DNA from: a bacterium
GTDB taxonomy: Bacteria; RBG-13-61-14; DATKZS01
Length of the DNA stretch: 22,683 nt
Reading direction: 5' to 3'
Assembly (NCBI GenBank): GCA_046484135.1
Contig: JAWOBU010000209.1
Coordinates: 1 to 22,683, forward strand
Shown: positions 15,438 through 22,683 of the stretch, one piece after another
How positions within the stretch are numbered: position 1 is the first letter of the stretch
Layout: every line of letters begins with the position of its first letter
Translations under genes and position numbers: made by a program
The notes under the pieces: generated by a model
What the model saw: the letters and a program-made list of their open reading frames with translations, nothing else
What the model was told of the DNA's origin: nothing
Database searches by the model: none

Positions 15438-17852
15438 GTGCTGGTACCTGTAAGCTGGATAAAAGAGTACGTGGATTTCGACAAAACGCCGGAAGAGCTC
15501 GCACGTGAGCTCACCATGGCCGGCCTTGAAACCAATAACTTGGGATCGGGTATTCCGGACGTGGAAGGTGTGATAACCGCACGGATCGAAAAGATTGACC
15601 GGCACCCGAACGCGGACAAGCTGACCTTGTGCCGGGTGAGGCCCGCACCGGATGAAGACCCGCTTTCCGTGGTCTGCGGCGCTCCCAACATAAAGGAAGG
15701 AGACATGGTTCCGCTGGCCCTTATAGGAACGGTCCTGCCGGACGGTACTAAACTGAAAAAAACCAAGATAAGGGGACTGGAAAGCCAGGGCATGATGTGC
15801 TCCGAGCGCGAGCTCGGCATAAGCGAGGACCACACCGGCATCTGGATACTCCCGCCGGAGACTCCCCTGGGAAAGGCACTGCCGGAGGGGCTGGGAGACG
15901 CGGATTGCATACTCGAGACCGAGCCGACCCCCAACCGGGGCGACCTCCTCTCCGTGATCGGCGTGGCCCGCGAGGTCGCGGCCATAACCGGCGGGAAGGT
16001 AAGCCTGCCCGAGCCGGAGCTCTCCGAGAACGGGCCGGATATCCAGGAGCAGGCCGCGGTCGAGATCGAGGACTATGACGGCTGCCCCCGCTACGTGGCC
16101 CGGCTCATCAGAGGTATTACCATAGGGCCTTCACCGGACTGGATGGTAAAAAGGCTCGAGACCGCGGGAGTAAGGTCCATTAACAACGTGGTGGACGTAA
16201 CCAATTACGTGATGCTCGAGACCGGTCAGCCGCTCCACGCCTTTGACTTTCAGAAGCTCAGAAAAGCGAAGATAGTGGTCAGGACCGCACAGGCCGGAGA
16301 CAGATTCACCACCCTGGACGGCCAGGAAAGGGAGCTCCGGGACGATACCCTGATGATATGTGACGGGGAAGGCCAGGTCGCCATTGCCGGGGTCATGGGA
16401 GGGCTCGACTCCGAGGTCTCCGAACAAACCACTGACGTTCTTATCGAAAGCGCATGCTTTAAGCCGACCTCGGTGAGAAGGACGGCAAGGCTGCTCGGCA
16501 TTCCCACCGAAGCCAGCAAAAGGTTTGATAAGGGTGTGGACCCGCTCGGGACCGTGTATGCGGCTGACCGCGCCGCGTCGCTCATGCACAAGCTCGCCGG
16601 AGGAGAGCTGGCCGCGGGTTCAATTGACGCCAGGCAGGAGCTCTTCGAGAAAAAAAGGATACCGCTCCGGCCCGACCGGGCCAACCTCATCATGGGAGCT
16701 TCTCTGTCCGCACAAGAGCAAAAGAACATCCTCGCTCGTCTCGACGGCGCAGACGTGGAAGAAGAACAGAGAAACATAGTTTTCACCGCTCCTTCCTATA
16801 GGCCGGACCTATGCCTGGAAGAAGACCTGGTCGAAGAGATAGCAAGGCTTTACGGTTACGACTCCATACCCGTGGATATGCCCGACTTCCGCATGGCTCC
16901 CATGCCGGCAAACCCCGCAGTCGAGTTCGCAAGGACCCTTAGAGAAAGAATGGTCCCGCTCGGGTTTAACGAGACAGTGCTGACCAGCTTCGAGGACCCC
17001 AAAAGGCTCGAGCTTTACAAGCTACCGGAAGACGACCCGCGCGCAAGGACCGTAAAGCTCGAAAACCCCCTGTCCGAAAACGAGTCCATTCTCCGCACCA
17101 TGCTCGCGCCCAAGCTCATCGCGACCCTTGTCATGAACCGGAGCAGGGGAGTGGTCAAGGCTGTAAGGATGTACGAGATCAATGCAGTCTTTAACAAGGC
17201 GGAGGATCACTCCGAAGAACAGCGGACCATGATCGCGGGCGTGCTCTCCCGTCCCCTGGAAAAGGAGCTCTGGAACGTAGCGTGCCCGGAGGACGGCTTC
17301 TTTGATATAAAGATGGTGGTCGAGCACCTCCTGGCCGCCACCCGCTTTCCGGGCGCCAGGATCGAACCGGACTCCGACCCCGAGCCTTTCCTGCATCCCG
17401 GTAAAGCCGCCCGGGTCTACATGGGCAAAGCCGACGCCGGCCGGCTCGGACAGCTCCATCCCGCTATCGCGGAGAATCTCGATCTCAAGAATGAAGCCTT
17501 TATGTTCGAGCTGGACTTCGGGGTCCTTTCCCAGTACGCCGGGCATATACCCAAGGCGGGGCCGGTGTCCAGGTTCCCGCCCACTCTCAGAGACATGGCG
17601 CTGGTGGTGGACGAGAGCGTGAACATGCAGGACGTGATACGGGTGGCACGGAAAACGAAAAGTCCCTTCCTGGAAAGCATGGAGCTGTTTGACATCTTCC
17701 GGGGCGGACAGGTTGCCGCGGGCAAGAAGAGCATGGCTTTTCACGTTATTTATCAGTCTTTGGAGAGGACCCTGACCGACGAGGACGTTAAAAAGGAGCA
17801 CGAGAAGATAGCAGCCAAGCTCCATAAAGAACTGGGAGCCGTGCTCCGATAA
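15438..17852 (+). CDS. pheT: Phenylalanine--tRNA ligase beta subunit
   Basis: Motifs HPNADKL, VVCGAPN, S.GMMCS..ELG, TPNRGD.LS, INNVVDVTNYV, and a C-terminal anticodon-binding domain. Confidence 0.99.
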   Translation: MLVPVSWIKEYVDFDKTPEELARELTMAGLETNNLGSGIPDVEGVITARIEKIDRHPNADKLTLCRVRPAPDEDPLSVVCGAPNIKEGDMVPLALIGTVLPDGTKLKKTKIRGLESQGMMCSERELGISEDHTGIWILPPETPLGKALPEGLGDADCILETEPTPNRGDLLSVIGVAREVAAITGGKVSLPEPELSENGPDIQEQAAVEIEDYDGCPRYVARLIRGITIGPSPDWMVKRLETAGVRSINNVVDVTNYVMLETGQPLHAFDFQKLRKAKIVVRTAQAGDRFTTLDGQERELRDDTLMICDGEGQVAIAGVMGGLDSEVSEQTTDVLIESACFKPTSVRRTARLLGIPTEASKRFDKGVDPLGTVYAADRAASLMHKLAGGELAAGSIDARQELFEKKRIPLRPDRANLIMGASLSAQEQKNILARLDGADVEEEQRNIVFTAPSYRPDLCLEEDLVEEIARLYGYDSIPVDMPDFRMAPMPANPAVEFARTLRERMVPLGFNETVLTSFEDPKRLELYKLPEDDPRARTVKLENPLSENESILRTMLAPKLIATLVMNRSRGVVKAVRMYEINAVFNKAEDHSEEQRTMIAGVLSRPLEKELWNVACPEDGFFDIKMVVEHLLAATRFPGARIEPDSDPEPFLHPGKAARVYMGKADAGRLGQLHPAIAENLDLKNEAFMFELDFGVLSQYAGHIPKAGPVSRFPPTLRDMALVVDESVNMQDVIRVARKTKSPFLESMELFDIFRGGQVAAGKKSMAFHVIYQSLERTLTDEDVKKEHEKIAAKLHKELGAVLR

Positions 17853-18078
17853 AAACCGGGTTTTGAAGCCGTTTGAGGGGTAGTGGCCCATCTTTCTGAA
17901 ATTATTTAAAAACCGGGCTTGACAAACCCGGTGGAAGGTGTGGTAGTCTTAAGAACATACTTAAGGTCACAAGGAAAGGCCGAGGGGGAAGGAATAACTG
18001 AGGAGGGGTGTTGAGTCAGGGTTAAGGACAGCTTGTCTTTCCGTGATCCTGGTACTAACCACAACAAGGAGGTAGAGA

Positions 18079-18390
18079 ATGACCAAAGCCGAGCTGGTGG
18101 AAAAAATCTATGAAAGGGTGGGGTTTTCCAAGCGAGAGTCAGCGGATATCGTGGACGCGGTGTTCGATATCATGAAGGAGAGCCTGGAAGAGGGAGAAAA
18201 GATCAAGATCTCCGGCTTCGGCAATTTCCAGACCCGGGATAAAAGAGAAAGAATCGGCAGGAACCCACATACCAGGGAAGCCATTACCATATCGGCCCGG
18301 CGGGTGGTGACCTTCAAGGCCAGCCAGATTCTCAAAAAAGCCGTAAACCTCGGAAAAGTGGAAAAGCTGCCGCAAGAGGGCCGGGAGTAG
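18079..18390 (+). CDS. ihfA: Integration host factor alpha subunit
   Basis: MTKAELVE and IKISGFGNF..RDK.ER.GRNP.T. Conserved position after pheT, SD AAGGAGGT. Confidence 0.93.
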   Translation: MTKAELVEKIYERVGFSKRESADIVDAVFDIMKESLEEGEKIKISGFGNFQTRDKRERIGRNPHTREAITISARRVVTFKASQILKKAVNLGKVEKLPQEGRE

Positions 18391-18421
18391 GGTTAACAGC
18401 CTTATATAAACGGCGGATACC

Positions 18422-18808
18422 ATGCCACGCTCCGCAGCAAAGGATAAAAACCACAAAAGATACTACCGCATCGGAGAAGTATGCGAGATTACCGGCATGA
18501 AAGCGCACGTACTCCGATACTGGGAAAACGAGTTCAAACAGATCAAGCCGCAGAAGACCAAGTCCAACCAGAGGCTCTACCGCAAAAAGGACGTGGAAAC
18601 AATACTCCACATAAAACACCTGCTCTACGACCAGAAGTTCACCATACCCGGAGCAAGAGCCAAGCTCGACAAAAAAGGCGGCAAAGACTACCAGCCTCCC
18701 AAGCAAATGAAAATAGATTTCGATCCCGCCGAGAAAAACGAAATCATTAAAAAAGTGATAGATGAGCTCAAAGACTTAAAGCGGATTCTTGACAACACCG
18801 GAAAGTGA
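18422..18808 (+). CDS. MerR-family HTH transcriptional regulator
   Basis: YYRIGEV...HVLRYWE.EF..IKP.K....R.Y...D and LLY...FTI.GA. This family commonly lies between ihfA and tRNA-Pro. Confidence 0.92.
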   Translation: MPRSAAKDKNHKRYYRIGEVCEITGMKAHVLRYWENEFKQIKPQKTKSNQRLYRKKDVETILHIKHLLYDQKFTIPGARAKLDKKGGKDYQPPKQMKIDFDPAEKNEIIKKVIDELKDLKRILDNTGK

Positions 18809-18817
18809 AACTAAACT
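18789..18817 (+). promoter_or_regulatory. Promoter of tRNA-Pro
   Basis: TTGACA (18789-18794), 17 bp, TAAACT (18812-18817), 24 nt upstream of the tRNA. Confidence 0.7.
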
Positions 18818-18841
18818 AAAATCCTGCCTGATGCATACCAC

Positions 18842-18918
18842 CGGGGCGTAGCGCAGTCTGGTAGCGCGCTTGCATGGGGTGCAAGAGGTCGCTGGTTCAA
18901 ATCCAGTCGCCCCGACCA
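18842..18918 (+). tRNA. tRNA-Pro(GGG)
   Basis: Acceptor stem CGGGGCG/CGCCCCG, anticodon arm CTTGC-ATGGGGT-GCAAG, T arm GCTGG-TTCAAAT-CCAGT and encoded CCA; 77 nt. Confidence 0.98.
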
Positions 18919-18927
18919 TCAAAAAGG

Positions 18928-18962
18928 AAACTTTCGGTTTCTTGGGGGGCTGAAAGTTTTTT
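18928..18962 (+). terminator. Probable intrinsic terminator after tRNA-Pro
   Basis: Stem AAACTTTCGGT.../...GCTGAAAGTTT followed by a T-run. Confidence 0.6.
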
Positions 18963-19015
18963 CATTTCCAGGTAGTTTGAAGACAGCTTAATTTCGGCCT
19001 TTTGCTCTTTTTCCT

Positions 19016-19232
19016 AGTTCGGGGGACACCATACATAACTCCCTTTTTCCCCAGGGTTATCGCACCGGGCTATAATCCGCCGTACGTTTGGGAGTTGAGA
19101 TGCCGGGCTTGATCGCGGCTCGAAGCCGCTCGCGCTAAAGTCGTATTGCACAAGAAACCGTTGCGGCGTTGTGTTGTTGCGTTTAAAGCCATCCTTTGCC
19201 AAGGGCGCCCGGATAGGCTATGCGGGGGACAC
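19016..19232. repeat. Composite non-coding repeat element downstream of tRNA-Pro
   Basis: Bounded by direct repeats CGGGGGACAC (19020-19029, 19223-19232). Three sub-segments match 1859-1881, 860-988 and 1744-1774 in reverse complement. Confidence 0.85.
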
Positions 19233-19309
19233 TGAGAGGCTTTTCAATTAAGATCGCGACTGAAGTCGCTTTCACGGGACGAGGTATTTTATTGGTATTT
19301 TAAACCTGG

Positions 19310-20233
19310 CTATTTTTTTATTATGGTGAGCCACTTTTTGTAGCTTTTCACCTTGCCGGTCAGGACCTTTTCGAAGATGTTTGTCAGAAGCCGGCTGAAC
19401 TCGCCGGGCGCCTGGAGCTTCCGGTCCTCCACCCTGCTGATGGGCCAGACCTTTACCACCGACGAGGTAAAGAAGGCCTCGTCCGCTTGCAGGAGCTCGA
19501 CCGGCCGTACCTTTTTTTCCACCACCTCGAGTTCGGCGTCGCGGGCCAGCTCCAGCACCGATCTGCGGGTGATGCCCGACAGGATGGTGTCCAGCTTGGG
19601 GGTTTTCAATACCCCGTTTTTGACCAGGAACAAGGACTCGGTCGCTCCTTCGGCGATGTGCCCTTTGAGGTCCAGGAGCACGGGGGCGCTGAACCCCTTG
19701 TTGATGGCGTCCTGCTTGGCCACCATTCCGCCCAGGTAGTTGGCCGCGCACTTGCACTCCACCGGCACGGTGCGCGGGTCTATCTTTCTCCAGTCGGAAA
19801 AGCAGACCTCGGCGGGCCGGCGCTCCGACTTCTTGAACCGCTCCGCGGACAGGTCCTTTTGCAGGTCCACCACAAAGACGCCCACCGACACCTCGTCGTT
19901 CCTGGGAACCACCTCGAATTCGACACCGCCGTAGTAACAGATCAGCTTTAACATGCCCTGCCGCACGCTGTTGGCGGCCACCGTGTCCTTGACCGCCTTC
20001 TTCAGGCCGGTCGCCGAAAGAGGGAGCTTCATGTTGATCATGTCCGCGGAACTGAAAAGCCTCTTGATATGGTCGTCGAGCCGGAACACCGCAGGCCCCT
20101 TGTCCGTGTCGTGCAGGCTCATGACCTCGAACACCGCGGAGCCGCGGGTGAACGAATGACTCATGAGCGGCACCTGCGCCTTGTTAAACGACAGCAACTG
20201 TCCGTCTATCCACACCTTGCGGCGCGAGAGCAT
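19310..20233 (-). CDS. ilvE: PLP-dependent class IV aminotransferase, branched-chain amino acid aminotransferase-like
   Basis: Motifs VWIDG, G.AVFE, FRLDDH.KRL..SA, K...NY (catalytic Lys), EG..ESLF, LSGITR and ADEAF. ATG 20233 follows GGAGG, and the ORF-track extension to 20404 overlaps the upstream gene. Confidence 0.85.
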   Translation of the reverse strand: MLSRRKVWIDGQLLSFNKAQVPLMSHSFTRGSAVFEVMSLHDTDKGPAVFRLDDHIKRLFSSADMINMKLPLSATGLKKAVKDTVAANSVRQGMLKLICYYGGVEFEVVPRNDEVSVGVFVVDLQKDLSAERFKKSERRPAEVCFSDWRKIDPRTVPVECKCAANYLGGMVAKQDAINKGFSAPVLLDLKGHIAEGATESLFLVKNGVLKTPKLDTILSGITRRSVLELARDAELEVVEKKVRPVELLQADEAFFTSSVVKVWPISRVEDRKLQAPGEFSRLLTNIFEKVLTGKVKSYKKWLTIIKK

Positions 20234-20258
20234 TTGGGCTTGTCCTCCCTTAATCAGC

Positions 20259-21110
20259 TTAGAACCGGAGCGTGCCGGCAACCGTCTCCTTTTGATGCAC
20301 CTTTTGGCCCTTGATGTCATAGGTCGCGTCATATTGAAGATTATAGCCGGCGGACCCGCCTTGCAAGACATCGCGTATCCAGTCGGCGGCGCCGGTAAGG
20401 TCAAGGTCTACGGGTATCTGGATCTCTCCGGCCGTCTTCTTTGCCACGCTCTGGTTTTGCATGGTGCCGGCCGCGAAGTTCTTTTCCTTCACGTCCAGAT
20501 CGTAGTTGAGCCGGGGGATATCGAGATCAAACACGTTCGGGTTTTCGAGCTCCATCCGGAGAAGGACAGATGCCTTTTGAAAGGTAAGCGACTTAAGCTC
20601 CCCTTTGACCTTGCGGACGCGGGGAGGCCGCACCACCGGCAGCCTGCCCTTGGCCTTGTAAGGAACGGGTATGTCTCCCCACGGAGACTTGACCCGAACC
20701 TCGCCCTCCACCCGGTAGGGAAGGTAGTCTTTTCCCTCGGAAGAGTCGTAGATTCCCTTCAGGTTCTCATAGGTAACCTCGACCGGCACGTCAAAGCTTG
20801 CCTTGTCATAAGGCTTCACGTCCAGCCCCTTGCCGGTCTCACCGCGCGCAAGCCTTTTGCCGGAAAGCTGGAAGTCGTAGTCCACCCCCGCAAGCTCCGC
20901 CCGTAAAGGAGTGGTGTTGTCTATCTCAAGCACGGTCACGAATGCAGCGTCCCGGCTCGAGATGCGCTGCAATAGCACGTCCTTGACCTCGATCTCCGGC
21001 TTCTTGATCAGCTTCTCGAAAAAGCCCCCCGCCAAAAGCACGGCCGGAGCCAGAACCAGAGCCAACCCCGAAAACAATAACGCCATATTTTTGGAAAATT
21101 TCCTTTGCAT
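20259..21110 (-). CDS. Exported LEA type 2 (WHy domain) protein with two tandem domains
   Basis: Signal-peptide-like N-terminus. Two repeats of P...V.......L.(I/L).N(P/T)...L......Y.......A.G, including ENPNVFDL. Confidence 0.82.
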   Translation of the reverse strand: MQRKFSKNMALLFSGLALVLAPAVLLAGGFFEKLIKKPEIEVKDVLLQRISSRDAAFVTVLEIDNTTPLRAELAGVDYDFQLSGKRLARGETGKGLDVKPYDKASFDVPVEVTYENLKGIYDSSEGKDYLPYRVEGEVRVKSPWGDIPVPYKAKGRLPVVRPPRVRKVKGELKSLTFQKASVLLRMELENPNVFDLDIPRLNYDLDVKEKNFAAGTMQNQSVAKKTAGEIQIPVDLDLTGAADWIRDVLQGGSAGYNLQYDATYDIKGQKVHQKETVAGTLRF

Positions 21111-21359
21111 GGCCCCCTCTCCTTTTCTCTACATAATACCAGAGACCGAGCCCCGCTTCCAAAAAACGCCCCTTCTTGACGGAGCTATAAAGGATATAAT
21201 AAAAGTGGCGCTTCTAAAGAATCCGCGGGCGGGTTGTAGTCCTTGGTAAAGATTTTCCTTCTTTCCCGGATCAAACCGCGGCCAAAGGTTCTCTTGGACC
21301 ATACTGCGACCGGTTATCCTCGTCTGCGCCGTGCCCGGGTAAAGAGAGTGTTTCCGGCT

Positions 21360-22112
21360 TTATATTTCTTTCACCTCGAACTCCTTTTCCAACTCCTTAA
21401 AAAGATCAAAAGGGAGGCCTCCGGTAAGGCAGTGGGGCGGGTTCCCGCCCCAGGATATCCCGCCGGTACAAAAATGGGACACGTTCAATCTGCCGGTAAG
21501 GTAAGGAATAACAGAGGAGTTCCGGCACATGGACATGTTGGCCATGGAGCGGTCAAGCACGTAGTTCAGGGCCCTGCTGGTCCACTCTCGGCGGAAGGTC
21601 CACACGGTAAACCGGTGCCAGGTGGAGTTGCGGCCCAGCCGCTCCAGGAGCCGGTTGGAGGCGCGGATGAGACTGGACCGAAAAGAACGCTTCCCGAGAA
21701 GCAGGGGCACTGCGGTCCGGTCAGCTCCATGACCGCGGCCGAACACGCGATCGGGGGGGACCATTTGTATAAGCCGGGCGAAGTCCTCCCGACCGGTGCG
21801 GATTATGACCACGTCCGGGTCGCGATCGGGCAGGGGCCACTCGGAGAGCCTGGAGACAAGCACCGCGCTTATTTCATCCTCCAGCCGGGGTTCAAGCCCT
21901 TTCTCGAAGTCCGTCTCCGGTTTTTTCAGCCCCAGCACCGGGGGGGACCACCGGCAGGTACTGATGGAACCCGGCCGCAAAAGCAAAGGCCCCCCGACTG
22001 AGCGACGGACCGCGTCACAAAAGGATATGCCCTCATACTCGGCCACATCGGGCACAGGATCGTCCTTGCCCAAGAAAGCAATGCCCACGGGCGGGCGGCT
22101 AAGCTTTATCAA
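21360..22112 (-). CDS. DUF169-like protein (function unknown)
   Basis: L.RPPVGI.F, FC.AV, C.W...VLGL, DPDVVII and C........Y..G..N.S..C.G match my recollection of DUF169. TTG start after AAGGAGG. Confidence 0.7.
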   Translation of the reverse strand: MIKLSRPPVGIAFLGKDDPVPDVAEYEGISFCDAVRRSVGGPLLLRPGSISTCRWSPPVLGLKKPETDFEKGLEPRLEDEISAVLVSRLSEWPLPDRDPDVVIIRTGREDFARLIQMVPPDRVFGRGHGADRTAVPLLLGKRSFRSSLIRASNRLLERLGRNSTWHRFTVWTFRREWTSRALNYVLDRSMANMSMCRNSSVIPYLTGRLNVSHFCTGGISWGGNPPHCLTGGLPFDLFKELEKEFEVKEI

Positions 22113-22193
22113 ACCAGCCCTCCTTCCAGGCCAACACCTGCGTGAAGATTATCCGAAACTTTTCCCGCAAGCAAAACCGGAAGAGCCTCTTGT

Positions 22194-22258
22194 TCCAAAA
22201 TATAAGACGAAGGCTGATAATTGTATCACGCAGAGGCGCAGAGGCACAGAGAAGGAGG
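22194..22258. repeat. 65-bp dispersed repeat, copy 2 (inverted relative to 2282-2346)
   Basis: 54/65 identity. Contains CACGCAGAGGCGCAGAGGCACAGAG. Confidence 0.88.
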
Positions 22259-22263
22259 AATCT

Positions 22264-22396
22264 CGGGCCTGCGACATGAGAGAGGGGGGGGTGGCAAGAA
22301 TGTCCCCGCCCCCTTTTATCTGCGGTCGAGACGGCCGCGTTCCCAGCTCTAAAGCAGGTGTAGTTCCCTAAAACCCCCTTACATGTCGCAAGCCCG
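22264..22396. mobile_element. Possible MITE or IS remnant with 15-bp terminal inverted repeats
   Basis: CGGGCCTGCGACATG ... CATGTCGCAAGCCCG (14/15), continued inward by G-run/C-run. No transposase and no clear target duplication. Confidence 0.5.
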
Positions 22397-22401
22397 TGTA
22401 A

Positions 22402-22430
22402 TTGACAATTGTTTCGGTTAATATTAGCAT
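22402..22430 (+). promoter_or_regulatory. Sigma70-type promoter of the FHA-like gene
   Basis: TTGACA, 17 bp, TAGCAT, ending 10 nt before ATG 22441. Confidence 0.65.
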
Positions 22431-22440
22431 TAAGTTTGCT

Positions 22441-22683
22441 ATGCCGGTGGACAAGAAATCTCTTCCGTCGGGGGTCAACGTTTCCCTGACGCCCTTAGAG
22501 GAGACTGGTGATACGTTACGGTATCCGGTTTCCGAGGTCCCTGCTTATATCGGGTCGGGGGGCCATGCTGATGTAATGGTTCCCGGCGAAGGGGTGGCAG
22601 AGGCCCACGCGCGTCTTACCTGGACAGATGATTCACTCTACCTCGAGGACCTGGGTCAGGGGACCACACGAATCAATGACCGC
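22441..22683 (+). CDS. FHA-like domain protein, 3'-truncated by window edge
   Basis: Open frame to the window end, manually translated: MPVDKK...AYIGSGGHADVMVPGEGVAEAHARLTWTDDSLYLEDLGQGTTRINDR. This fits the FHA pattern IG....D......V...HA.L......LEDL...T..N. Confidence 0.75.
   Translation, partial: MPVDKKSLPSGVNVSLTPLEETGDTLRYPVSEVPAYIGSGGHADVMVPGEGVAEAHARLTWTDDSLYLEDLGQGTTRINDR

Noticed and set aside
17851..17949. AAAACCGGG..TTGA motif at 17851, 17908 and ~9528, and a possible ihfA promoter
   Set aside because: The motif is short and low-complexity, and the TTGACA-TAGTCT spacing is 19 bp. Too weak to call.
18842..19310. Prophage or genomic island integrated at tRNA-Pro
   Set aside because: There is no integrase, and I found no duplicate of the tRNA 3' end in the window. 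Only the short repeat element follows the tRNA.
21243..22001. 252-aa plus-strand ORF downstream of a TATAAT
   Set aside because: It is antisense to the DUF169-like gene, which has the better SD and a family-like Cys pattern.

Overview
Bacterial, GC-rich chromosomal window of mostly housekeeping genes. The gene order thrS-infC-rpmI-rplT-pheS-pheT-ihfA-MerR-tRNA-Pro(GGG) resembles a Deltaproteobacteria-like organism (inference). Left to right it contains: the 3' part of a DEAD-box RNA helicase; a type II toxin-antitoxin pair (RHH-like antitoxin plus RelE/ParE toxin) inside a repeat-dense accessory region; a penicillin acylase-family lipoprotein; a minus-strand run tatB-tatC-secA-ADP-ribosylglycohydrolase; the translation cluster; a minus-strand run DUF169-like, LEA_2/WHy and class IV aminotransferase; and the start of a degenerate FHA-domain gene that the ORF track misses. 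No transposase, integrase, phage gene or CRISPR array is visible. The most unusual signal is non-coding. A ~215-bp element behind tRNA-Pro (19016-19232) has modules that recur in inverted orientation as separate pieces on both sides of the TA pair (860-988, 1744-1774, 1859-1881). Further unrelated repeat families are present: a 65-bp inverted pair 20 kb apart, a mirrored six-hairpin element, a palindrome nested in a REP-like loop, and a MITE-like element. Identities quoted were counted by eye and need confirmation by alignment.
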